Origin: Puniceicoccaceae bacterium
Lineage (GTDB): Bacteria > Verrucomicrobiota > Verrucomicrobiia > Opitutales > Oceanipulchritudinaceae
Length of the DNA stretch: 64,000 nucleotides
NCBI GenBank assembly: GCA_040830765.1
Contig: JBFOMH010000013.1
Span: 64,001 to 128,000 of the forward strand
Direction of reading: 5' to 3'
The notes beneath the pieces are model-generated. The model saw only the letters and a program-made list of their open reading frames with translations, did no database searches and was not told where the DNA came from. The position numbers were made by a program, and so were the translations under genes. Shown piece by piece: positions 46,036 to 56,548 of this stretch. Positions within the stretch are counted from its first letter, which is position 1, and every line of letters begins with the position of its first letter.

Positions 46036-49000
46036 ATGCTGACACGTTGCCGAACTATACCCTTTCGCCTCCTCCTGCCCGCCTGCCTGATCCTCGGCCT
46101 GGCCAGCCTCATTGCTCAACCGCTGATCGCCGGGGGGGCCTCTGAAATCGGGCTGTCGCGCATGGCTCATTACCCGCCGCACGCCTACAAGGGTCACAGC
46201 CAGGTCTTCCAGTCCGTGCAAGGGCCGGATGGTGTCATCTACATCACCAATTACGGAGCTGTCTTTACCTGGGACGGCGAACGATGGGGGAAAATTCCGG
46301 TCCCTGGAGCCGGGTTCCTCTACGGGATCTCCGTACTCGATGCGGACCGGTTCGCCGTCTGTGGCGTCAACACGATAGGATTGATTGAACCGGATGGCCA
46401 GGGAGGCTGGGCCTTCCGCTCACTCGCCCCCGACCTCCCGGAAGCTTACCAGGAAGGCCTTGGGGAAGTCTGGGACATGGCGGTGACCCCGGAGGGCCTG
46501 TTCTTCTTTACCCGTCGGGCGATGATCCGCTGGAAGGATGGAACGGCCAAGGTCTGGCCATTCGATACCGAGAAAATGATTTACGGATTCTGGAGCGGCT
46601 CCTCCATCTATGTGCAGAATCTTGATGATGGATTGTATCGACTGGATGGTGACAACCTTATTCCCGTCAGCCAGGATCCGTTGTTTAAGAAGCCCGGCCC
46701 GCGCTTGCTGGCCGACCGGGAAAACGGGGACCTCGTCATCGCTACCCAGAAGGAGGGCCTGTGGCTTTTCGATGGATCCACTCTCAGTCCTTTCGCGCCG
46801 GAAGCATCGGCCTACTTGTCTGAAGCGATCATGAACCGGGGGACCCGGATGGCCGACGGCCGCCTTGCGCTGGGCAGTTTCCAGGGAGGCGTGGCCATTG
46901 TCGACCCTGAGGGGAATTTCCAGATGCTCATCAATGAAGCCAGCGGACTGGCCAACAACACGGTGACCCACATCAGTCAGGACCGGGAGGGCGGGCTCTG
47001 GGTATCCCTGGCCAGTGGAATCAGCCGGGTGGAGGTTGATGGAGTGATCACCCGCTACAACCGCTCGGTCGGATTGCCCAGCGTCACGGTCACCGGTATC
47101 CTGCGCCATCAGGGGAGCATTTACCTGAGCTCCGCCGACGGGCTTTACCGCTTGCGCGGCGTCGAGCCACCGGAATTGCCCCGGTGGGAATTAGTCCCCG
47201 GGGCCAGCTCGGAGGTCAATACACTGGTCCCAAACGGGGAGGACCTATTTGTCACGACCAAGGGACAGGTCATTCGCTATGACGGTTCTGAAAGTGAAGT
47301 CGTGTGGGAAGATTTCGGGTTACTCCGGGACCTTCACCGGATGCGCTCAAAGGAAAACCATCTCATTGTCGGGGGACGCATCGGCATGGGGCTGATCTAT
47401 CGGGACGCGTCCGATGGAGAATGGAAACGCGCTGGACCGCTGCCCGGTTTGGAAGACCATGTCTACTCCATCAATGAGGATGCGAACGGGGACATCTGGA
47501 TGGGGACCGCCTTTTCCGGCGTGATTCGAGTCCGCAGCACAGGGAGTGGCTCCGACTGGCTCGAGAATGCCGAAATTACCCGCTTCGGGCTGGATTCCGG
47601 GCTTGGAGGGCTGGAGCATGTCTCTATCAAGTACCGCGATGGGCGGGTGGTGATCAGTCCTCCATCAGGGCCTCAGTACTTTGACGAGGAAAGTGGCCGC
47701 TTCATACCGGCGGAGGGCACCGCCAGCCTCCCGCCTCCGGAAGGATGGGCTTGGGATGTCGTGGTCCGCAACAAGACCCTGGGTGCCCTTGGTTCCGTCT
47801 ATCCCCTCACCGGGGCAGAGGACGACTTCACTCTCTATGTCGGCCGGCGCTCAATGGATGGAGACTGGACCTGGATTTCCCCCGACGTCTTTGAGGACAT
47901 CGGTGGCCTCCTCTTTCTCTTTGTGGAGGATAAAGAGTCGCCCGTCCTTTGGGCCGGTGGTTGGTCCGGTTTCCTCCGGTGGGAACTCAATAACGAATTA
48001 ACCGAATTAAAGTCCCCCACCCTCGATCTACGGATGCGGGAAATCCAGCTTCCCGACGGTTCACTGGCCCATGCCGGCTCCGGTCTGGCCAGCGACTTTG
48101 CGTTCCCGCACAGCCGCGGCAGCCTGAGCTTCCGGTTCACCGCTCCGGTTCACACACCCGGTATCAACCTCACCTACCGGTCCCGCCTCGAGGGCTATGA
48201 GGATGACTGGACGGATTGGATGGAGGTCCCTGAACGCGCCTTTACGAATCTCCCCGGTGGATCCTACAAGTTTGTCGCTGAAGTCCGGACTCCGTCGGGA
48301 CTGACGACCAGCGAAACGCTGGCCGAGTTCGACGTCCTGCCACCCTGGCATCAGACCCCACTCGCCTATGCCGGCTACGTCGCCCTTGCCGGGATCCTCT
48401 TCTGGGGAGGCGCCCGTCTCCGCCTCGCCGCCCTTCGACGGGAAAACCGGCGCCTCGAAGACAAGGTGGAGGAACGTACTGCTGAACTGGCTGAAAACGA
48501 AAAGGAACTCCGCAAGGCCCGCGATGCCGCCGAACATGCCAACAAGCAGAAAAGCCGCTTTCTCGCCAACATGAGCCACGAGCTGCGTACCCCCCTGAAC
48601 GCGATCATGGGCTATGCGCAGATTCTTGACCGGGATCCCGGACTGGACAGCCGCAACAAGCAAAGGGTGGGTATCCTTAACACCAGCTGCAACCTGCTCG
48701 TCCACCTCATCAACGAGGTTCTGGACCTTTCCAAGATTGAGGCCGGACGACTCGAGGTCCAGGAGAGTACCGTCAACCTCAAGCGGGCCGTTCATTCCCT
48801 CGTCGAAAGCTTTGGCGCCCGTGCTTCCCAGAAAAGCTTGTCACTGGAATTTACCGCTGGTCCTTCCGTTCCGGAATGGGTCATGGCGGATATCCGCAAG
48901 GTGGAGCAAATCCTCAGTAACCTCATCGGCAATGCCTTGAAATTCACCGAGACGGGAGGAATCAAGGTGGAAATGGAGGCAAAGGGCGAATTGCTCTGTA

Positions 49001-49905
49001 TTGATGTTACCGATACAGGTATCGGAATTGCCGAGGAGGAAGTTGAAGCCATTTTTGACGCCTTCTACCAGACCGGCGAGCAGCCCGGCCAGGAGCCGGG
49101 AACAGGACTGGGGCTGGCTATCTCCCGCCGCCTTTCCGAGGTCATGGGAGGGGGCCTGGAGTGCACCAGCCGTCTTGGCGAAGGAACCCGGTTCAGGCTT
49201 CAACTGCCATTGAAACCGGTTGAGGCCATCAATGCCCCCGCGACCGAGGAGGCAAGGCACCTGACTGGCTACAAAGGACCGCCCCGCTGTCTTCTCGTGG
49301 TCGACGATATTCCCGCCAACCGGGACATTGTCGTCGAGTTACTCAGTCCCCTTGGAATTGAGGTGAGGACATCCCCCGACGGCATGGATGCGCTGGCAAA
49401 GATCGAGGCTGGCGGCATTGATGTGGTGCTTCTTGATGTCCGCATGTCTCCCATGGGCGGGGAGGAGGTCCTCAAGCGTATTCGTCAATTACCGCAAGGG
49501 GATGAACTCCCGGTCGTCTCCTATTCGGCCAGCCTGATTGGTTTTACCCGCAAGGAAGCACTGGAGATGGGCTGCAATGACTGGTTGCCGAAGCCATTTT
49601 CCCCGGAAGACCTTTATGGCAAGCTGGGCCAGTTGCTCAATCTGGAGTGGGAGTATGCCGAGGCCGAGACCGCTTCGCCATCCGGGAGTGAGTTCACCTT
49701 CAAGGCGGGTGACCTTGAGAAGCTCCGTGCCCTTGCCTACCGGCGCGAACCGGTTGCGCTGAAGGAATGCCTGGACCAGATCCTCGAGAAGGAACCGGAG
49801 GCGAAAGTCATCATCAAGGAGTTACAGGACCTGGTCAGGAAATTCCGCCTCGCCGAATTGAGTGACACGTTGGATTCCCTGCAGCCCGGGGAGGAAGGGT
49901 CGTGA
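46036..49905 (+). CDS. Hybrid sensor histidine kinase (periplasmic beta-propellers, Y_Y_Y, HisKA, HATPase, REC)
   Basis: QDREGGLW / EDANGDIW propeller motifs, YRSRLEG...FTNLPGGSY, FLANMSHELRTPLN, NALKFT, GTGLGL, REC LLDVRM. Confidence 0.95.
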   Translation: MLTRCRTIPFRLLLPACLILGLASLIAQPLIAGGASEIGLSRMAHYPPHAYKGHSQVFQSVQGPDGVIYITNYGAVFTWDGERWGKIPVPGAGFLYGISVLDADRFAVCGVNTIGLIEPDGQGGWAFRSLAPDLPEAYQEGLGEVWDMAVTPEGLFFFTRRAMIRWKDGTAKVWPFDTEKMIYGFWSGSSIYVQNLDDGLYRLDGDNLIPVSQDPLFKKPGPRLLADRENGDLVIATQKEGLWLFDGSTLSPFAPEASAYLSEAIMNRGTRMADGRLALGSFQGGVAIVDPEGNFQMLINEASGLANNTVTHISQDREGGLWVSLASGISRVEVDGVITRYNRSVGLPSVTVTGILRHQGSIYLSSADGLYRLRGVEPPELPRWELVPGASSEVNTLVPNGEDLFVTTKGQVIRYDGSESEVVWEDFGLLRDLHRMRSKENHLIVGGRIGMGLIYRDASDGEWKRAGPLPGLEDHVYSINEDANGDIWMGTAFSGVIRVRSTGSGSDWLENAEITRFGLDSGLGGLEHVSIKYRDGRVVISPPSGPQYFDEESGRFIPAEGTASLPPPEGWAWDVVVRNKTLGALGSVYPLTGAEDDFTLYVGRRSMDGDWTWISPDVFEDIGGLLFLFVEDKESPVLWAGGWSGFLRWELNNELTELKSPTLDLRMREIQLPDGSLAHAGSGLASDFAFPHSRGSLSFRFTAPVHTPGINLTYRSRLEGYEDDWTDWMEVPERAFTNLPGGSYKFVAEVRTPSGLTTSETLAEFDVLPPWHQTPLAYAGYVALAGILFWGGARLRLAALRRENRRLEDKVEERTAELAENEKELRKARDAAEHANKQKSRFLANMSHELRTPLNAIMGYAQILDRDPGLDSRNKQRVGILNTSCNLLVHLINEVLDLSKIEAGRLEVQESTVNLKRAVHSLVESFGARASQKSLSLEFTAGPSVPEWVMADIRKVEQILSNLIGNALKFTETGGIKVEMEAKGELLCIDVTDTGIGIAEEEVEAIFDAFYQTGEQPGQEPGTGLGLAISRRLSEVMGGGLECTSRLGEGTRFRLQLPLKPVEAINAPATEEARHLTGYKGPPRCLLVVDDIPANRDIVVELLSPLGIEVRTSPDGMDALAKIEAGGIDVVLLDVRMSPMGGEEVLKRIRQLPQGDELPVVSYSASLIGFTRKEALEMGCNDWLPKPFSPEDLYGKLGQLLNLEWEYAEAETASPSGSEFTFKAGDLEKLRALAYRREPVALKECLDQILEKEPEAKVIIKELQDLVRKFRLAELSDTLDSLQPGEEGS

Positions 49906-50840
49906 AGCGCCAGGGGACAGTCCTTGTCATCGATGATGTGCCGGAGAACCTGGCCGTTGTCTTTGATGTGCTCTCGAGCGCCGGTTACGAGGTTCTGGTC
50001 GTGGAAAGTGGGGAAATCGCACTGGAGCGGATGGAACTGATGCGACCCGACCTGATCCTTCTTGATGTCCGCCTGCCGGGTGCCGATGGCTTCAGCATTT
50101 GCCGCCAGTTGAAAAGTGAGCCGGAAACAGCCGAGATCCCGGTCATCATGATGACCGGCCTGAACGAGACCAAGGACATGGTCACGGGCTTCAAGGCAGG
50201 GGCGGTTGACTATGTCTGCAAGCCAGTGGCCCCGGAGGAAGTGCTGGTTCGCGTTGATACCCATATTCAGCTCCGGCGCCTCAGGATCGAACTCCAGAAA
50301 CGCAATAAGGATCTTCTCCGGGAAGTCCGCAGAAGAAAAAGGGCGGAGCGACAACTGGAGCAATCCCTTGATCAAGCCGTGCTGCTGATCGACGAGGAGG
50401 GATCCACCCAGTTTGCCACGGAGCGGGCGTGGGACCTCCTGTCCCGATTCTTCCCTGATGCCCCGCTGGCCGGCTTGCCACCTGCCCTCAAGGACTGGCT
50501 CGATTCAGGGGACGATCCAACCCACGAATTTGAGAACCCGCAGGGAATCCTCTTTGCCAAGCGCTTCTCCAGCACCACCGGAAGCGGCAGCGTCCTCAAG
50601 CTGGAAGAGCGGTTGACGGTGCCTTCCAGTGAACAACTGCAATCCCTCGGCCTGACCCCGAAGGAGGCCGAAGTCCTCTACTGGATGGCCCAGGGGAAAA
50701 CCAGTCCGGAAATCGCGACCATTCTCGAAAGCGCGCCCAACACCGTCAAGAAACACGCCCAGCGGATATACCAGAAACTCGGGGTCGAAAACAGGACCGC
50801 CGCAGCCATGCGGGCCGCGGAAATGACGAGCGAGAGCTAA
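49902..50840 (+). CDS. Response regulator (REC + LuxR-type HTH)
   Basis: VIDD...LLDVRLP...KP receiver; C-terminal LTPKEAEVLYW...KLGVENR; GTGA overlap with the kinase. Confidence 0.93.
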   Translation: MKRQGTVLVIDDVPENLAVVFDVLSSAGYEVLVVESGEIALERMELMRPDLILLDVRLPGADGFSICRQLKSEPETAEIPVIMMTGLNETKDMVTGFKAGAVDYVCKPVAPEEVLVRVDTHIQLRRLRIELQKRNKDLLREVRRRKRAERQLEQSLDQAVLLIDEEGSTQFATERAWDLLSRFFPDAPLAGLPPALKDWLDSGDDPTHEFENPQGILFAKRFSSTTGSGSVLKLEERLTVPSSEQLQSLGLTPKEAEVLYWMAQGKTSPEIATILESAPNTVKKHAQRIYQKLGVENRTAAAMRAAEMTSES

Positions 50841-50890
50841 GTCCCTTTCAGAAAGGGAACCTGTTCATGCTCCGGAAAGCCTCGCTGAGC

Positions 50891-52468
50891 TCACCGGCAG
50901 GTACTCCTGAAAAAGACCGGATTGCCGGATACCGTTTGAATGAATGGACTGAAGGGCTGAGGGATGACATCGGTCCATGTCTCCAAGTCGTCACTCCTTT
51001 GCAACCAACCTTCAAACTCGATGTGAACCTGGTTCGCCTCCCCCCGGGAGATGGCGTGACTGGCCTCTAGATTGGGCTGCATTCGCCGGATGATGCCATC
51101 CTGCTTGTTGATAAGATAAATCCGTCCGGGTGTGTTAACACTGAAACGCAGATCCGCACGACTGGTGGTTGAGAGGGAACGCGCGGTTCGCGCCGAATTG
51201 ATGACATCAAGCATGCGCATGGCAGAACCGCCTCCCTCACGGACAAGAACTTCAACAAAGCCATCCTGGCCCCCAACCAAAGGGTCGCTATCGAGGTCGA
51301 GAAGAAAAATAATCCCGGTTGGAAAGTCGGCCGTTAGGAGATTGCCATCCAACCCATCAATGCAGGTGCCCCGGGCCACTTCTCCAATCGTGATCGCCCG
51401 GTTGCTGATAGACGGTTGCGGATCCGTGACAAAATCGACATGTCCATACTCCGCAACGGGATCCGTCAGTCCGGTTGTTGTTCCACCTTCAAGCTCCTGG
51501 CTTCCTTCCCGCACATCCCAACCGTAGTTGGCCCCGTTGGATGCCAGGTTAATTTCCTCGAGCGCATCGTGCCCGATATCAGCAATAAACAAATAACCGG
51601 TGGCGACGTCCCAACCGAACCGCTGCGGATTTCGCAATCCATAGCAAAAAATCTCCGCCAGCGTTCCTGAATCGCCATCGGAGGCAAAAAGATTCTCCGG
51701 GACAATCCCGTATTCTCCGTTGGCACTGTTGCTCCCGAGGGGATTGATCCTGAGGATCGCCCCGTAGGGATTGGCGGGATTCTCGGCGTTCTCGAGCGGG
51801 TCAGCCTCCCCGCCCCCCTGTGCTCCGTCCCCTAGGGCAATGTAAAGATTTCCACGATCGGGATGCCCGGAGGATACACTGCAGTTGAACGCAATCAATC
51901 CTCCAACGTGTCCCCCGAGAGGCTGGTTGATACGCAGTACCTCACGATAGGGATTGGCCAGGTTAGCGGCAACGAAGGTCAGGTCCGCGGGACTATCCGT
52001 CCGCCACTCAAGGAGCAGGGTATGGAAACTGGTCCCCTCTCCAGAGGTAAAATCAGGATCAGGCTCCGTGGCGTTTGAACTGAAGAGGGTATAGAAACGG
52101 CCAAAGCCGGGTTTGCCGGATTTATGAAAGTCTGGATGGAAGGCAAAACTTTGCAAACCATGGAATCCGGCATTGAGGTCGAGCTCGGGATAGTCCCTCA
52201 GGTCGAGATACTCGGTAACACTGCCGCTGTCCTCATCGACGTGAAACAGTGGCCCCCGCAGGTCATTAACAAAAAGGCGACCCATTGGATCCTCCGTCAT
52301 CACCGTACACCGCGGAACCACTCCCGGAGTCGAGTCGGGAACAACAGCGATCTCACTGACCTCCATGACCAATGAGGATAACGGCACCGGCAATGGATAG
52401 ACGTCCGTCGAGGCCCCTGTGTTGAATGCACCCAACAAGCCAGTCAGGAGGAACACGTATCGCTGCAT
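50891..52468 (-). CDS. PQQ-dependent glucose/sorbosone dehydrogenase-like beta-propeller with C-terminal FxR module
   Basis: AFHPDF, YIALGDG, YGLRNP, ADIG, NYGW motifs; C-terminal LQRSDDLETW...FFR. Confidence 0.82.
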   Translation of the reverse strand: MQRYVFLLTGLLGAFNTGASTDVYPLPVPLSSLVMEVSEIAVVPDSTPGVVPRCTVMTEDPMGRLFVNDLRGPLFHVDEDSGSVTEYLDLRDYPELDLNAGFHGLQSFAFHPDFHKSGKPGFGRFYTLFSSNATEPDPDFTSGEGTSFHTLLLEWRTDSPADLTFVAANLANPYREVLRINQPLGGHVGGLIAFNCSVSSGHPDRGNLYIALGDGAQGGGEADPLENAENPANPYGAILRINPLGSNSANGEYGIVPENLFASDGDSGTLAEIFCYGLRNPQRFGWDVATGYLFIADIGHDALEEINLASNGANYGWDVREGSQELEGGTTTGLTDPVAEYGHVDFVTDPQPSISNRAITIGEVARGTCIDGLDGNLLTADFPTGIIFLLDLDSDPLVGGQDGFVEVLVREGGGSAMRMLDVINSARTARSLSTTSRADLRFSVNTPGRIYLINKQDGIIRRMQPNLEASHAISRGEANQVHIEFEGWLQRSDDLETWTDVIPQPFSPFIQTVSGNPVFFRSTCR

Positions 52469-52514
52469 GCAACTCTATTAACAGGTCATCCCCTCGCTGG
52501 GCGAGCTTGAATTG

Positions 52515-52778
52515 CTACTGGGGAGCCAACCCCCTCCTGACCAGCTGCTCCTTCTCCGGCTTGCTCAATTGCTTGATCCGCCACTCTTCGCTGGCCGCCT
52601 CGGAGCGGGTTCCCAATTTCATGGAATAAACAAGCTTCAAGGGCAGGCGCCCGCGAACGTATCGGGCTGACTTAGGCCCCTGGGAGCGATGCTCTTCCAG
52701 CCGCCGCTCAACATCGGTTGCGATACCTGTGTACAGGCTATCGTCACCGCAGCGGAGAATGTAGACGTACCAGTCCAC
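52515..52778 (-). CDS. Stand-alone GIY-YIG nuclease (UPF0213/YhbQ-like)
   Basis: YVYILRC...LYTG...RRLEEH...EWRIKQL. Confidence 0.9.
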   Translation of the reverse strand: MDWYVYILRCGDDSLYTGIATDVERRLEEHRSQGPKSARYVRGRLPLKLVYSMKLGTRSEAASEEWRIKQLSKPEKEQLVRRGLAPQ

Positions 52779-52784
52779 CTTCGG

Positions 52785-53132
52785 CTAGCTGCGGGCCCGG
52801 CTGAGCATGAACTGGTTGCCATCGGTGTCTTCACACATTGCCAGATGCGGCGGTTCGCCGTTTTCCGGCTGCGGTTCGCGCTCACACTTGCCGCCGGCAG
52901 CCCTGACCTCGGCTGCCCCGGCAACTACGTCAGCCACCTGGAAGGTCAGTCCGGTCCATGTCTGTTTGCCTTCCCCGCCCCCGTGGATGGCAATGAGTCC
53001 GCCTGCGACCGCCAGTTCGGTAATGTGGGGATTCTGCCGCTCTACCGTGGCCCCGAAAACGGACTGGTAAAACGCTGCCGCCCGGCCGGCATCCGCGGCC
53101 CAGATGGTGTACTTGAGTTTTTCAACCTGCAT
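52785..53132 (-). CDS. VOC/glyoxalase family protein
   Basis: AAAFYQSVFG, LTFQVADV, DTDGNQFML motifs. Confidence 0.87.
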   Translation of the reverse strand: MQVEKLKYTIWAADAGRAAAFYQSVFGATVERQNPHITELAVAGGLIAIHGGGEGKQTWTGLTFQVADVVAGAAEVRAAGGKCEREPQPENGEPPHLAMCEDTDGNQFMLSRARS

Positions 53133-53147
53133 GGCTCTACCTGGCAG

Positions 53148-54224
53148 TTACCTTTCCAGTTTCATAAGGGCGTTACCCAGACCGGAGGCATAAACGATGC
53201 CCCTTTCCTCGTCGAGGATCATCCCGGTCATGAGCCCCGGGGCAGGGGCAGACAGTTCGGGCAGGGCAAGATCCGCCCAGGACACGCCATTGGCGAGGCG
53301 TTCGTTGATTTGCCCGATCAACAACTCGCTCTCTTGTGTTGAAATTCTGAATACAGATTCCGATTCGCCAGTTGCCGGATCAAAGACGACAATTTCGCTT
53401 CTTAACGGGCAGGCAATCCAGAGGCGACCCTCCTCGTCAAGGTCGAGATTGTCCGGGACGTTGATCTCAACGGCCTTTGTCCGTCCGGAAGCTTTCCCGG
53501 AATGGAAATCAACGTCAAAGCGCCACACGCAACTGCCAAGAGACTCCGCGACATAGAGCAGGCCACCCGCCTCATCCAACACCAGCCCGTTGGCAAAGAC
53601 AAAATCATCTGCCAGGTAGACCGCCTTGCGCTCGACCTCCGCACCTTCCGGTGGAACGTAGCAGACGGCCCCATCCGGCCGGCCCACCCAGACACTATCC
53701 CACAGCCCGGAGGAATTCTGCTCAGGCCGGTTGCGGGTCGACTGGGTAAACCAGATGCCGCCATGGCTGTCGTAACGGGCCATATTCACTCCGAATTCAT
53801 GCTGGTAGACCTTGCGAGTGGCCTCGGTGGCAATCTCCACTGCATAAATACCTCCGCGAAAGACATCAGCCACGAGGAGGTGCGTCCCGGCAGGATTCAT
53901 CGTCACCCCATTGGCGCAGCCCTCCGTTTCGGGGGGATTATGGACATAGCCCGCCTCTGCCATTTTTCCAAACGGTCGGTTACTGCCGTCCTGGTTCACC
54001 AGTCGCAATCCTGTGGCCTGGTCCGTGACAACGAGGCGGCCATCGGGCAAAACCACCCCATCCTCCGGTCGGTTCAAGGATCGGTCAGCAGGAAAGATCT
54101 CCGCATTCTCGAAAGTCCACTGTGGTAAAGCGGAAACCGGTTGCGGATTTTCACAGGTGCAACCGGAGAACAGAATGAAGGTGCACAGTGGCAGGCAGGC
54201 AATGAAGGATTTGCTCAAGGTCAT
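53148..54224 (-). CDS. SMP-30/gluconolactonase family lipoprotein
   Basis: Lipobox FSGC; RPEDG, FANGL, LYVAES, PDNLDLDEEGRLW motifs. Confidence 0.85.
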   Translation of the reverse strand: MTLSKSFIACLPLCTFILFSGCTCENPQPVSALPQWTFENAEIFPADRSLNRPEDGVVLPDGRLVVTDQATGLRLVNQDGSNRPFGKMAEAGYVHNPPETEGCANGVTMNPAGTHLLVADVFRGGIYAVEIATEATRKVYQHEFGVNMARYDSHGGIWFTQSTRNRPEQNSSGLWDSVWVGRPDGAVCYVPPEGAEVERKAVYLADDFVFANGLVLDEAGGLLYVAESLGSCVWRFDVDFHSGKASGRTKAVEINVPDNLDLDEEGRLWIACPLRSEIVVFDPATGESESVFRISTQESELLIGQINERLANGVSWADLALPELSAPAPGLMTGMILDEERGIVYASGLGNALMKLER

Positions 54225-54349
54225 TCCGCATAATCAAAAATGCAGGAGCAGCAGGCAATGGAAAATGCATATCCCGATTCCCCCTTGGCAAAAATCCCGG
54301 GACGGTTCACGATGTGGAGAACAACAAGAATACAACGGGGGCAGGAAGC

Positions 54350-55570
54350 ATGAGTGAAGTCATAATCATCGGGGCCGGCATGAGCGGATTATCCTGTGCC
54401 TGTACACTCCAGGCTGCAGGCAGAAAGGTAACCGTGCTTGAGGCTGCGGATCACATCGGCGGACGTGTGGCCACAGACGAACTGGGCGGCTTCCGCTTTG
54501 ATCGTGGGTTCCAGGTCCTGCTGACGGCCTATCCGGAGGCACAAAATCAACTGGATTATAAGGCCCTCGATCTGAAGACCATCTATCCCGGTGCCTTGGT
54601 CCGCTACAACCGTCGCTGGCACCGGACGGCAGACCCCTTCCGACGTCCCTTGGCAGGCCTGTTCAGTTGTCTTAATCCCATCGGTAGCCTGAAGGACAAG
54701 TTGCTCCTCGGCCAGATGCGGCTCAAGGGATTCGATTTCTCGCGTCATCCTGACTCGCGGACTGCCCTGGAGACCTTGAGAGCCGAAGGTTTCAGCGACT
54801 CGATGATTGAGCGCTTTTTCCGTCCCTTCCTTGGGGGCATTTTCCTCGAAACCGGGTTGAAGACCAGTGTCCGTAAAATGGAGGATGTCCTGAGAAATTT
54901 CGCCAGGGGCTCCGCGGCTGTACCGGCTAACGGCATGGGCGAGATTCCTGCGCAATTGGCTGCCTGCCTCCCGGATGGCACAATTCGGACTGGCTTACGG
55001 GTTCTGGACTGCAAACCGGGGCATGTTCAGCTCGATGATGGAACACACATGGAGGCCGGTGCGGTTGTCATCGCCACGGATGTCCGGGCTGCACAGCACC
55101 TGCTGGGACACGAGGGGCCTCAAGCAAAAGTGAATAAGGTCGTCAGTCTCTATTTTGACGCCCCGGATCCACCTCCAACCAAGGCCATGCTTGTCCTCAA
55201 CGGGGACAAGCGCGGACCGATCAACAATCTCATCAACCTGAGTGCGGTCAGCCCCGCCTATGCTCCCGAAGGACGACACTTGATTTCCGTCAGTGTCGTT
55301 GATCCCATTGCCGCTGGGGCCGATGACCTGGTCGACCGTGTCAGGCAGCAGCTGGATGTGTGGTTCGGCCCGGAAGCCAGCCTTTGGCGGCACCTGCGGA
55401 CCTACCACATACCCGAGGCCGTCCCGGCCAAGCCGGTTGTCCCCGCCATCCATCCCCGCATCGAGAAGGGCTTGTATGCCTGCGGCGACTACAGCGGGGT
55501 GGCTTCTCTCAATACCGCCATGGTAAGCGGGAGGCAGGCGGCGGAGGCGGTGCTGGAGGAGATGGACTGA
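54350..55570 (+). CDS. FAD-dependent amine oxidase / protoporphyrinogen-oxidase-like protein
   Basis: GAGMSG, GGRV, DRGFQVL, CGDY...AMVSG motifs. Confidence 0.87.
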   Translation: MSEVIIIGAGMSGLSCACTLQAAGRKVTVLEAADHIGGRVATDELGGFRFDRGFQVLLTAYPEAQNQLDYKALDLKTIYPGALVRYNRRWHRTADPFRRPLAGLFSCLNPIGSLKDKLLLGQMRLKGFDFSRHPDSRTALETLRAEGFSDSMIERFFRPFLGGIFLETGLKTSVRKMEDVLRNFARGSAAVPANGMGEIPAQLAACLPDGTIRTGLRVLDCKPGHVQLDDGTHMEAGAVVIATDVRAAQHLLGHEGPQAKVNKVVSLYFDAPDPPPTKAMLVLNGDKRGPINNLINLSAVSPAYAPEGRHLISVSVVDPIAAGADDLVDRVRQQLDVWFGPEASLWRHLRTYHIPEAVPAKPVVPAIHPRIEKGLYACGDYSGVASLNTAMVSGRQAAEAVLEEMD

Positions 55571-55617
55571 GGAGGCATTAAGTCCAGGTTGCCATAGTCT
55601 TTGGAAGGGCAATTCGA

Positions 55618-55646
55618 TTGACCTTGATATTCCAATTGGCTACAAT
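55618..55646 (+). promoter_or_regulatory. Sigma-70-like promoter, near-leaderless
   Basis: TTGACC-17 bp-TACAAT ending 9 bp before ATG 55656. Confidence 0.65.
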
Positions 55647-55655
55647 CCGAGCATC

Positions 55656-56522
55656 ATGAAATGGAGCATTATGGGGATATGCTCCCTTATGTTGGTGGGC
55701 TTGACGGGATGCGACGTCGATTCCGATTCGAGCACGTCGTCACAACCACGGCAACGCGCGCCAGTGGCGAAGTTCAAGCAGGTGCATCCGATCGAGGAAA
55801 CAGCCAACGGTGTGGAAGTACCGTTAAGCCAAAAAAGGGAAATAATTTCATTTATTGAAGCTGGTATTGCGCAAGCAAAGGCCAAAGGAACTGACGATCT
55901 GGCCCAGCGGGAACGGATCCTGCGGGATGCAGCAAGGCGATTCGGGATCGACCAGGAAACCGTGGAAACAATCCACAGCCAGATGTCCGCGGTTGAAACC
56001 GACCCGGGGAAGTCCGGGACTGGAGGTGTTTACGAGGAGTCGGTGGCCTCCGACATGCTATTGGCCGAGCAAGGGGACGCTGCTGCCCAGTATCGCCTGG
56101 GGATGCGCTACATGGTTGGCGAAGGTTTGCCCCAGGACTTTGCCATGGCGGCGCAGTGGCTCAACCTGGCCGCTGAACAGGGGCATGTGGAGGCAGCCTA
56201 CCGGCTTGGCCTGTGTTACAAGGATGGTCTTGGCGTCAGTCTGGATCCCTTGGTGGCCCTTCACTGGTGGCGCTACGCGGCCGAGCAATACCACGTAGAC
56301 GCGCAGGATGAATTGGCCAATGCTTACTTTGTCGGATTCGGGGCAAGGCGCGATGTGGTCACCGCCGGGATGTGGTCGATCATCGCCACTACCTTGGAAC
56401 CGGACAATCCCGCCTGCCGGATGACCCGTCAGGCCATTGCCAACGAGCTGACTTATCTCGAAGAGGAGCAGGCCAGGGAACGGGCCAGCATGTGGCTTTC
56501 ATCCGTGCCGCCGGGTGGTTAG
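55656..56522 (+). CDS. Sel1-repeat lipoprotein
   Basis: Lipobox LTGC; AEQGDAAAQYRLG...G, AAEQGHVEAAYRLG Sel1 repeats. Confidence 0.88.
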   Translation: MKWSIMGICSLMLVGLTGCDVDSDSSTSSQPRQRAPVAKFKQVHPIEETANGVEVPLSQKREIISFIEAGIAQAKAKGTDDLAQRERILRDAARRFGIDQETVETIHSQMSAVETDPGKSGTGGVYEESVASDMLLAEQGDAAAQYRLGMRYMVGEGLPQDFAMAAQWLNLAAEQGHVEAAYRLGLCYKDGLGVSLDPLVALHWWRYAAEQYHVDAQDELANAYFVGFGARRDVVTAGMWSIIATTLEPDNPACRMTRQAIANELTYLEEEQARERASMWLSSVPPGG

Positions 56523-56548
56523 CACTCCCGAACAGGAGGGGAAGGGCT

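Noticed and set aside
52515..52778. GIY-YIG gene as a mobile or homing element
   Set aside because: Looks like an ordinary UPF0213-type gene in an operon; no flanking repeats seen.
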